Assembly: GCA_043228905.1 (NCBI GenBank)
Contig: JBHGNT010000002.1
Coordinates: forward strand, 14,694,001 to 14,758,000
Source of the DNA: Azolla caroliniana
Lineage: Eukaryota > Plantae > Polypodiophyta
Direction: 5' to 3'
Length of the DNA: 64,000 nucleotides
The notes under the pieces are model-generated. The model saw only the letters and a program-made list of their open reading frames with translations, did no database searches and was not told where the DNA came from. A program made the position numbers and the translations under genes. Below are positions 37,701-48,498 of this stretch, in pieces (position 1 is the stretch's first letter; every line of letters starts with the position of its first letter).

Positions 37701-39600
37701 TCTCTGCATTCATTTCTTTGGCGATGTGCACCGGTTTTGCCTCCTCCGTCGTTCCTAGATTTACCTCTTCTAATTGGACGCTTTTACGCGCTGGGAGACG
37801 GCCATTTCCCTTTCCAACGGCTCCTGCGCATGCCGTAACTCCCGGATTGCTTCTTTATTGGGTTCTTTCCCTTTCACAATGGCCGTAATTGTTGGACTGT
37901 TGGTGTCCACCATGGCCGGTCCTTCTTTCGGATTTGAGAAGAATGCCGGAGCCGGTGATGTTCCGCCTGTCGTCATGCCGGACTTGAGTCCTTCTGTGAA
38001 TCTTGGTACTAGCTGCAAGAGTCGTCCTAACGGCAGCGTGATCTGGCATTCCTGCAATACCTGCCATGTCACGTTTTCGGACTGACTACCGCTGGCGAGC
38101 TCTTCGGTGTTCTCCTTCTGTTGCACGAGTTCTGCTACGTTTCGCTCATTTGCCTTTTTCACCCATTCCGTTGCCTGTTTCCAGATGGCCTCTTGTGTCT
38201 CCCATTCCGTAGTCTTCCGCTTCAACCTTGTGGTGACCTGCTGGAGGTCTGCGACTTTGGCGACTACCATGTTTACTATCGGTCCCTTATCATAGCTTTT
38301 TGCCGGACATTGATTACTATAATGTCCTTCTTGCCGGCAGTAATAGCAATATGCTTTCCGGGTGTTGCTGGATTCGGCATTGTTTCCTGTACCCGGTGGG
38401 GGACTTGTGGTAACCACGAGGCTCTGGTCTGGTTGGCTGCTTGAGGCGCCTTTTTCCGGTTCACTTGGGTGGCTCCCGTTTTTGAAATGTTGTTTTTTAT
38501 TAAAGTTCTTTTTGTTGCGATACCCTTGCTGGGGTTGGTCGTCATACCTCCCGTAATCTTCCCGTCGTTGGTGATACCCGAGGGAGTGATCCCGGTTGTG
38601 ATGCTCATACCGTCCATTGTAATCTCGGTACTTGTCGTATCTCTTGTACCGGTCGTAGTTGTCTCGCCGATTGTTGTACCGGACATCTTGTGCCGGTCGA
38701 TATCGCTCCTCTCATTGCCAGCGTTCGTCTTCTTCGTCTCGGCTGCTACATGGCTCGATTTGCCGGACTGGTGGAGCTTGCCGATTCAGTAAGTTATATT
38801 CGCATAGGTCCATCGTGTGGCTCGTAGATTGGCAGAGTAAGCAGTGTGTCGGCATGGTGCACTCCAATGACGAGTGTCCGGAATTCAAACAGGTCGTGCA
38901 TTGGATTGCTTGCTGGAAACGGAGATCCTCATCGGTTGGTAATGCTCGTTGGAGGGCTTCCATTGTTAGCCAAGAGCTCGTCTTTTCCATTTCTCTAACC
39001 CGGTCGATGACCTGGTAGACGGTGCTTGTGCGAAAGTCAATGACAGTGCATACCGTTCGTAGAGGTTCCCGGAGCGCTGCTAAAAATATAGCCCGCGTTT
39101 CTTCCTCCGGAGGTGCGCGGGTAAGTTGGTTGTGCATCCGTTGAAACCGGATTACAAATTGTGGGATGCTCTCGCCGGGGTCCTGCCGAATTGTATAAAA
39201 TAAGCCCACCATTTCTCGCTGATCCACCTCCTTCTGGAAGAAGTGTAAGAATGTGTCTTTTAGGTCCGCAAAGGTGGTGATGGTGTTGCGATCCTGCGTC
39301 CGGTGCCATCGGGCGGCCGGTCCTTCTAATGTCATGCCGAATTCGGCTATCTAATGTCACGTTGAAAATGCTTCGGATTTGCCTTCTCTTCCAGCCAAGG
39401 CCTGGAGAAGGGTTTCCACTTCTCGGAGGCTGCTTAAGCTGCTTCCTTCGTCCAGGTAGGCGTTTTGTTGCAGATGGAGCGACTCCTCCGCCACTTTCCG
39501 GATCACTTTGGAAAATGATCGATCCGTTCGGATTTCTTCCGCTGCTTGCTGAAAAGCCTCTCGCCGCCGTCTCCGTTCAGAAAGTCTTCGTGCTCTCTCC
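34754..39600 (-). pseudogene. Gypsy gag-pol (gag with three CCHC knuckles, RT, RNase H, integrase, GPY motif); protease core missing
   Basis: CTTCLNSGHSSLEC, CYYCRQEGHYSNQC, RVCVDYRKLN, LDGFSGYNQI, WGLDFVGP, ISDQG, YPQANGLAE, WTGPY. Confidence 0.92.
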
Positions 39601-39638
39601 GTAACCGGGTCTTCTGTTCACTGCGATAATGCAGGAAT

Positions 39639-39649
39639 TGTGGTCGCCA
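39639..39649 (-). other. Sense-strand primer-binding site (TGGCGACCACA, tRNA-Arg type)
   Basis: 7 nt inside the 5' LTR boundary; matches recalled plant tRNA-Arg(UCG) 3' end ..TGTGGTCGCCA. Confidence 0.7.
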
Positions 39650-40119
39650 AATATTCTGTTATTGCTAGGGCCGGACAATAGCCTAACACAGGGTGTCCAC
39701 TTAAGACACGTCACCAAAGGGTGGTATGGCAGAATGACTTACGACACAACGCTTAATTAGACCTTAATCGATTACTTAGCCATCCGTAATTAACACGCGT
39801 AAGATATAACAATAAATACAGAACGGCAATCAACACTTGAAGATTAAGACAATACGCTTTATTAATTATGCGCTCCTGATTACATTGTAACCAGGCCTTT
39901 ATATAGGTCTCCGGTGCGAAATACAAAACGGTGCCAACCGGCATCTTTACGAAATCGTACCGGATCCAGATCGGCATACCGATTCCGGTCCGTCCGTCCA
40001 CATCTTCTTATATAATAATATGTATATAATAAGACTACTAATTACAACAATTCCCGAATAACTATTCCTTTCACAATCTGGTTTGGACCTCCATAAGCCT
40101 TCTTTGCCGGGCAGTAACA

Positions 40120-43100
40120 ATGACACCTTCTAGTGTCACTCAAGGGAATTCAGACATCCAAATTCCCAAAAAATATCAAGACTATGCTGATGTTTTCGAC
40201 AAAGTCAAAGCTAGTGTTCTTCCAAAGCATCGACCGTACGACTGTCCTATTGATCTTCAACCAGGAAAAGAGCCACCGTGGGGTCCAATTTACAATTTAT
40301 CACCCACTGAGCTTGAGGTTCTTCGAGAATACATCGAGGAAAATCTTGCACATGGGTTTATTAGACATTCAAAGTCTCCAGCTGGTGCTCCTATCTTTTT
40401 TGTGAAGAAAAAGGACGGCTCCCTTCGTTTGGTCGTCGACTATCGAGGCTTAAATAAAGTCACCATAAGGAATAGGTATGCTTTACCTTTAATCTCCAAT
40501 CTCTTAGAACGCATTGGTGGGGCAAAGCATTTTACCAAAATTGATCTAAGGGGTGCATATAATCTTGTTCGAATTCGGCCGGGAGATGAGTGGAAAACAA
40601 CATTTCGTACTCAGTATGGTCATTTCGAGTATACAGTCATGCCTTTCGGGCTCACAAATGCACCTGCAGTATTCCAACATATGGCAAATGACATCTTCCG
40701 GGATTTCTTGGATATTTTTCTAATCATCTACCTAGATGATCTATTGATTTGTAAACTCTAAAACATAGGGGGAGCATGATATACATGTGCGGCAAGTACT
40801 TGAACGCCTAAGGAAGTATGGTCTTTATGCCAAACTTGAGAAATGCAGTTTTGATTGCAAACAAGTCGAATTTTTGGGATACACTATTTCATCCCAGGGT
40901 GTTTTCATGGACCCAGCAAAAGTCCAAACAATATTGGAATGGAAACCCCCATGCTTAGTTCGGGATGTCCAGTGTTTCCTCGGATTTGCGAACTTCTATC
41001 GCAAATTCATACATAATTATTCAAGCATTGTGTTGCCCCTCACTCAACTCACCAAGAAAAATCAAGCATTTTTTTTGGAGTATCAAAGCGGACAAGGCTT
41101 TTACACAGCTGAAAGAGGCATTCACATCAGCACCCATCCTAGCACATATTGATCCTGAAAAGCCATTTACTATTGAGGCAGATGCATCGGACTTTGCATT
41201 GGGGAGTATCCTATCGCAACCAGGCGAGGACGGGCAGACACATCCAATCGCGTTTCACTCGAGAAAATTTACTGTTTCGGAGATAAACTATGAGGTGCAT
41301 GACAAGGAGTTACTAGCTGTGGTCGACTCATTCGAGCAATGGCGTCATTTTCTAGAAGGATCACCTCATCAGATTATCATTTATAGTGATCACAAAAATC
41401 TCACATATTTTCAAACAACTCAAGTATTAAATAGACGCCAACCTTGGTGGGCCCAATTTCTAACGCGTTTCGATTTCAAAATCATTTTTCGCCCCGGAAA
41501 ACAACAAGGGAAAGCAGATGCTTTGTCTCGGCATTCGTATCTAGCACTTCGACCTGGACATCCGACCTTTGACAATCGAAAGCAAATTCTCCTCGGGCCA
41601 TCAAAGCTACAGGTAACAACAATTTATGCCACGCCACTTGATTCTACCCTTCTTGACACTATTCGGCAACAACTTCATTCAGATGATTTCGCTAAGGATG
41701 TCTTAGCCCACTGTGGTTCAAGTCATCCATCTTGCTCCACATTGCCAGGGTCATCTCAACATTATCTGGACTTCAAGTGGCAAGATGGCTTACTCTTCGA
41801 CAAAAATCTCCTTTACGTCCCCGACGGATCACCCCGACTTCAAGTGTTGGAACATTGTCATGATGCCCACATGGCTAGACATTTTGGTATTTCCAAGACC
41901 ATTGAGCTGGTGAAACGTTCGTTTTGGTGGCCTCACTTGCAAAAAATTGTCGAAGATTATGTTTGCACTTATGACATTGCTGTCGCGCCAAAATACCTCG
42001 GCATCACCCTTATGGCTTACTACAACCATTACCCCCTCCCAACAAGCCATGGCAGTCTATTTCTATGGATTTCATTACGGATCTGCCACCTTCCAAAGGC
42101 TTTGATACTATTTTAATAGTAGTGGATCGATTCACCAAGATGGCACATTTTGTACCATGTGTAAAGACCATCAATAGTGAAGAAACTGCAGATCTCATTA
42201 TGCGTGAAGTGTTTCGCCATCATGGCCTCCCGAATGATATTATTAGCGATCGAGGTCCTCAATTTATCTCACACTTTTGGAAGCACCTATGGGTAGGCCT
42301 CAAAATCTCTTGCAAACTCTCTTCGGCTTATCATCCCCAAACTGATGGACAAACAAAGCGCACAAATCAAACGCTCGAGAAATATCTTCAATGTTTCATT
42401 AGTTATCAACAAGATGATTAGAGTAATATTTTACATCTTGCCGAGTTTGCATACAACACGGTTCACTCTTCTACCAAAGTTACACCTTTCTTTGCCTACA
42501 CTTGCAACCACCCTCGATGGTGTATACTGGATCTTCCTGAGGTGTCACGAAACCCTAGTGCGGCGCATCACCTCCACCGACTACAACGAATCCAGTTCGA
42601 GTTATCGTCACATCTTCAGAAAGCGCAAGCACACCATAAGACCAATGCCCATCGACATTGTCTTAAGTCTCCGTTTAAGGTTAGTGACTATGTATGGTTG
42701 CTTCGTCGTCACATCAAGACTACCCGACCGTGTGCTAAGCTTGACTATCAACGCTTAGGTCCTTTTGTCATCACGGCGCAGATTAATGATGCAACATTTC
42801 GTCTTAACCTTCCTGCACATATGTGGCTTCACCCTGTCTTTCATAGCTCTCTTTTGGAACCTTGCCGCACCTCTTTAATTCCTAATCGTGTCGTGCCACC
42901 ACCGCCTTCTGTACAACTTGTGGACGGCCCCGAATACGAGGTAGCTGCTATTCTCGATTCTAAGATTGTGCACAATAAGCTTTATTATCTAGTTGATTGG
43001 CTTGGCTATCCTCCGAGTGATCGCACTTGGGAACCCATTGATAACGTTTATAATGTTGAAGCTTTGGTCAACGACTTCCATTGTCACTATCCAAACAAGC

Positions 43101-43171
43101 CCGGCCCAACAATGTTAACGCCGACTTCCACTCGGCGTTCTCGAAGGAGGGATAGTGTCATGAACACATGA
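40120..43171 (+). pseudogene. Chromovirus RT, RNase H, integrase and chromodomain
   Basis: [71 protein letters not shown]. Confidence 0.95.
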
Positions 43172-45514
43172 CCATTATGGCAGCACCCGGACTTGAACCT
43201 CGAACCTTGTAATCCATACTTGAAAACCTCAACCATTAAGATAGCTTATTGTTATATGAAACAGTAAAAGCTACTTCTTGTATTACATTGATTATTGTAA
43301 AACCTCTAGATTATTCTAGAATGTTCTAGAATGTCCTAGAGCATTTTAGGTCTAGAACATTCTAGAACATTCTAGAAATCTCTAAGCTATTCTATAGGAA
43401 CCTATAAATAAGGGCATACATGTATTCTCAAATCAATTCGAATCAACATCAGTCTTTAGCTCTCATTACATATCTTGTATCCATTCTCTTTCTTTCTCTA
43501 TCTTATACATCCATTCTTCTCTTAGTATTTCGTTCCTTTCTTCTCGTGTTCTCTAATATCACTCCATCATTTATCCTTGGTTCTGACACTACCGGAGTGA
43601 AGGTCTCATTGGAGTCGATTCCGTAGGTCTGCACGTATCCCTTCGCCACTAACCGGGCCTTGCACCGGTTAACCGAATCGTCGGCATTGTACTTTACCTT
43701 GTACACCCACTTACATCCGATCGGTTTACAGTGTCGGGGAGGGTCAAGTAGGTCCCATGTGTCGTTGGCATCAAGTGCCCGCATTTTTTCCTCCATAGCG
43801 GCACGCCAATTTGAGTCTGTTGCCGCGTCTGCGTAGCTCTCCGGCTCACGCACTTCCGCCACCTTGGACATGTATGCATAGTGATGTGTCATGTACTCAT
43901 TGTACCCGTACCACTTCACGGGGTTCTTCTAGCGGGAAGACCGACGTAACTTATCGTGACCCGGTTTGAGGCCCTTCTTGGCCGGTTCGGTCCTCATTGA
44001 TTCGCCTTCTTCTTTTTCGGAGTTGGATCTACTCCAATCTAACTCACCATTGCCGGTCTCGTGCTCCTACATCTTCCTCTTCCTCTTTTCCTTGCGCGTG
44101 AACCGTCTTCTTGGTTTCTTGCGCAGGGGGAACACGAGAGAGTTTCCACTACTCACCGGTTCATCTTCCGATTGGTCTGTCTGACCCAATCGTTCATTCG
44201 GCCCGCTCAACCGAAATGATTCCAGACTCTCACCTAGAGTCTTGAACCCTTCGTCTTCTAATAGGACTGGTTCAAGCTCACCAGCCTCATTCCCCAGTAT
44301 CGGGTCGGGGTAGGAAGTCAGCGCTGGTAAGGCATACCATGATGCCATCTCATCAAACTCAACATCCCGGCTAACTCAAACTTGCTTCGTCCGGGGATTA
44401 TAACACTTATAACCCTTTTGCTCATGCGAGTAACCGACCGGGATGCATTTCTACGACTTTGCATCCAACTTCCTCCGCTTCTCATCCGGCACATGCACAT
44501 ATGCAATGCTACCGAATATCTTAAGGTGTCTCAAATTTGGCTCATGTGCGGACTCCTTGTCAGCGATCCGGTTTTGGATGTAGATGGTCGTCCGGACCAC
44601 CTCAGCCTAGTAGAAATGGGGCATGCTCTTCTCCTCCAGCATTGCCCTCGCCGCGCCAACAATTGACCGATTCTTCCTCTCTGCCACACCATTTTGCTCC
44701 GATGTGTATCTGCAGTTGAACTCTCTCTGAATTCCTTTTTGCTGCAGATAACTGTTTAATTGGCCGGAAAAATATTCTTTTCCGCCATCCAACCGTAGGC
44801 ACTTGATCTTCCTCTCCATTTCCCATTCAACCAGGTTTTGCAGGTTCCGAAAACATTCGAAGACTTCACTCTTCCGCTCAATGAGGTAGATCCATGTGTG
44901 CCAGCTGTAGTCATAGATGAAGGAGACAAAATACCGACTCTCGCCAAGACTAACATTTTGTGTCGGTCCCCATACATCCGAACGGATTAAATCGAGCTTG
45001 TTATGGCTCCGGCTTCGATCGATGGGGAATGGAAGCCAGTGTTGCTTCCCTAGTTGGCAAGCTTCACATATTTGGACCTTCCGGCCATTGAACTTCAGCA
45101 AACCGACAACAACTTGTTTCGTTTGCAGGTCTTGAAGCCTCCGGTAATTGACGTGGCCGATCCGCTTGTGCCAGAGATCAATATCCGATTCAATCTTTTG
45201 TCCTTTGGTGAACAAAGCGGGGTGAAAGCACGCTACAGTGTACCAACTTTTGGCCAAAATTTTAGTACTAATTCGATGAGGAGGAAAGAAAAATAATCCA
45301 ATATTTGGGTTAAAAAAGTTGAGTTTGTTGGGTCACAGTCCTAGGTAATGTTGTATGGAAATCTTAACTATAGAAGATCTCGAGTAGTCACTCAATTATG
45401 AATATGTCTCTCTCTCGCTCTCTCTCTCGGCACATATGTTCATCTCAAATTGTCAATTAGTCTCTCTCCCTTTCTCTCTCTCCTTCCCCCTTCTACTTGC
45501 CGATTCCTGAGGTT

Positions 45515-45735
45515 CGTACGTCCTCTTCCCCTCTCTTTCTCTCTTCTACCTTTTGTACAGGTCTCTGCAGACTCCAAGCGCATCACTGCTCGTCATTCGT
45601 ACCTCCTCTACCCCTCTCTGTCTCTTTTCCACCTTCTACACAGGTCTCTACAGACTCCAAGCGCATCACTGCTCGTCGTTCATACCTCCTCTCCCCCTCT
45701 CTATCTCTCTTCCACCTTCTGCACAGGTCTTTCAA
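45515..45735. repeat. Subterminal pyrimidine-rich tandem repeat, unit ~85 bp
   Basis: CAGGTCTCTRCAGACTCCAAGCGCATCACTGCTCGTC twice, plus a partial third unit. Confidence 0.8.
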
Positions 45736-47809
45736 CCTCTCTAGGGTTAGCTGCGTTCTCTCTCCCTCAGTTGACCTTGTTCTCCCTCATTGTTAGGTGT
45801 TCTGTGCTCACTGTGTCCTAATGACATCAACCTCTGCTCTACTGGTCGTGTCCCCTCTGCTAGCTGTGACCTCTGCTTTGCTCTACCTCCAGGTGTTCTC
45901 AAGGTACTGTGTTCCCTCTACCTGGTATGTCTGTTTGCTTGCAACCCGTGCTTCAAATGTGTCCCCTCTACAAGGACTTAAGAAAGGTAATCCTACTATC
46001 TGCAACCCTAACGACATCTGAAAAGGTAATCCTGCTTTAGGCTTACCTTCACGTTCTGCTACATTTTAGGGTTTTGTTGTTGTTGTTCGTGTTGTTCTCC
46101 CTTGATGATTTCAGACACTTGTACATGCATTTGCTTGAAATTGAGAGTGTTTTACTTGCATATCTCATTTATTGCATGATTTAGAATTTGGTACATGTTG
46201 ACATATTGGAAGATGGTTCTATGATGGTACGCATGTTGTGTTTCGGGAGTTAACATTATGTTGTAGGTTTTATTATTGTTGTTGATGTTTTTATCTCATT
46301 GTTGTTCTTACTATGCGTGATTTAATCATATGATGAAAAAAGACAGTTGTGATTGATCTATTGTTATTTTCTATTGTTGTGTGTGTGAGGTGAAGAAGAG
46401 AGGTAGGACTCAAATGACAAGGAAGACACCCACGAAGACGAAAATGGTCAAAGAAAATGTCAACACACCATGCAAGGAAAGAAAAAGGACCCCATCAAAG
46501 AGAGTAAGATGACCCCCACTAGAGGGAGGTTTAAGTTGTCAACATCTCATGGCAAGAATATGTTCACAAACATCCTTCGAGGTTGAAAGTTAGGATGGGG
46601 ATATTTCCTTCGTGCACGACCTGACACTTATGAAGACGTAGACATGTGGATGATCAAAACATGGGGCTCATCACAACCGGAGACAAGGAAAGGTTTTCAC
46701 CTCAATCAATTGAAGAAGGATTATATCATTGAACTAAAGTCACGATATGAACAAGTTTATGATACAAAACATATCCTAAACAATGAGGTAGGAACTGTTT
46801 TTGCACTTGCATTTGCATGTGAACTCCATGGTGGCATTGAAGTTGATTGGGCAAATTTTGCTCATCATCGATCATCACATTATAGAGGGTCCTCAAGTAC
46901 CAACACTACTATGAAGTCTGAGGGTACCTCTCACATTGAAATCCCAACTAGGACATCTGTGTTGACTAAACAGATTGCAAAAGAAAGAGCTACACTGACA
47001 GAAAAGCATGAATAACGATTGTTGTGTTGCATAGCTTCCATGCAAACAAGAATGCAAGTGATGCTCACCGATTTGGAAGAAGTTTCATCTAGTGAGATGG
47101 CGGCAGAGAAACAATTCACATCTATATTGAATACATACGAATGGATAACAACAACAATCCAACATTCTGAAAGCGATGTGTTGAAAGAGGAATTGAAGAA
47201 GGAGCTGACAAATATGGGCACTCAACTGGGAAAACAAAAGAAAGATCTAGAGACATGGAGGTCATGTCGTTCTGAAATTGATGATAAGTTATCAGCCTTA
47301 AACATTCACTCTGAGAACCTGACATGTTTGATGAAGGGTCTACAAGATAAAGGTTTAGATCCTCTATGGCCAAAAGTAGTTGAGAATCCCACTTGCAATG
47401 AAAGTACCATTACAAGAATTATTGTATCAAGGTAATGGTTTATATTTTTACAAGTTGACCTTTTATTGCATAAAATATCATCGTTGCTAATATAGTGTAT
47501 GTTGTTTCTCATATTTGAAGGTGTGTATTCTGTGGCCTTGGATTCAAGTTTGAGGCCATGGATGTTATCATTACACCATGCTTGCACACATATCATTGTT
47601 TATGTGCTAAGTACCATTTTGAGAAAGAAAATATATGTTTACATTGTAAAAGTACAGTTGGCGCCGAATGATACTTAACTTGGGGTTTGAAAGTACATTC
47701 CTATGGTATGTGATTAAGAACATGTAATTTTTATACTATGTTTTTATAATTTTAACATTTGGTTCTGGTCTTATACCTATGAGTATTGTTCCTTGGTGAT
47801 CATTTTTAC

Positions 47810-48498
47810 ATGATTCAGTACTAATATTACTGATTACATTGTATTCCTTGGTGATCAGTTGACAATGTGAATCTTATTTAGTATTGAGGATCTTAAATGT
47901 TTAGTTGTATAACTTGCATGTGCACTAACATTATTCATTACATTGTACTTTCTGTGTCCACTTGGCTTAGGCTCTGGATGACCGAACAAATAGGCATGAA
48001 GGTCTAGGTATTTTAGTACTAACATTGTTCATTACATGAAATATGCATGTCCAGGTGGTTGTGTAATGTGCCCTCGAGTTCCTTGTTGGAGGATTCAGTA
48101 CTAACATTACTGATTACATTGTATTCCTTGGTGATCAGTTGCATCAGTACTGATTATTTAGTAATGAATGTCTTAATTGATTCGTTGTATAACTTGTATA
48201 AGTATTAACATTGTCCATTACATTGTACGTTTTGTGTCCAGGTGGTTCAATACTGTTCTCTCAAGTTCCTTGATTGATGTTTTAGTACTAACTTACTGAT
48301 TACATTGTATCCTTTGGTGCTGAGTTGATTCAATACTGATTATTTAGTAGGGTTTAGTTGTATCACTTGTATGTGTACTAACAAATAGCAAAACTGAACA
48401 AATAGGCATGCAGGTCTTTTCTTTAGAACCGAACAAATATTGACAGCATGTCCAGATGGTTCTGTATTGTGTCCTCAAGTTCCTCTTTGTTGTTTTAG
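47810..48498. repeat. Intronic degenerate tandem repeats rich in TAGTACTAA / ATTACATTGTA, continuing at 53880-53990
   Basis: Recurrent AGTACTAACATTACTGATTACATTGTATTCCTTGGTGATCAGTTG. Confidence 0.75.

Larger units (their letters stand above)
25738..40119 (-). mobile_element. Non-chromovirus Ty3/gypsy element with extra 3' ORF; 5' LTR 39657-40119, 3' LTR 25738-31531 (interrupted by a LINE)
   Basis: Direct repeats TGTTA...TAACA; TSD GTGAC/ATGAC; minus-strand TATA CCTATATAAAGG; gag-RT-RH-INT on minus strand. Confidence 0.95.
23529..43588 (+). mobile_element. Ty3/gypsy chromovirus (Tcn1/Tf1-like); LTRs 23529-23962 and 43156-43588
   Basis: Near-identical TGTCA...TGACA LTRs; perfect TSD CTACC (23524-23528 and 43589-43593); PPT GAAGGAGGGATAG; order gag-PR-RT-RH-INT-chromodomain. 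Confidence 0.96.
21223..45218 (-). mobile_element. Copia element (3' LTR 21223-21613, RT/RNase H 21932-23528, RT start and integrase 43589-45218), split by a chromovirus and cut off at right by the Sola2-like insertion
   Basis: LTR TGTAAAAAC...CTCAACA plus PPT CTCCCCCT; ETFTPV|AKMTT reading is restored across the CTACC duplication; colinear with 48499-53879. Confidence 0.92.

Noticed and set aside
45229-45245. CACTA terminus (CACGCTACAG)
   Set aside because: Not CACTA/CACTG; the host copia breaks about 10 bp earlier at GGGG, and the transposase motifs are not Tnp2-like.
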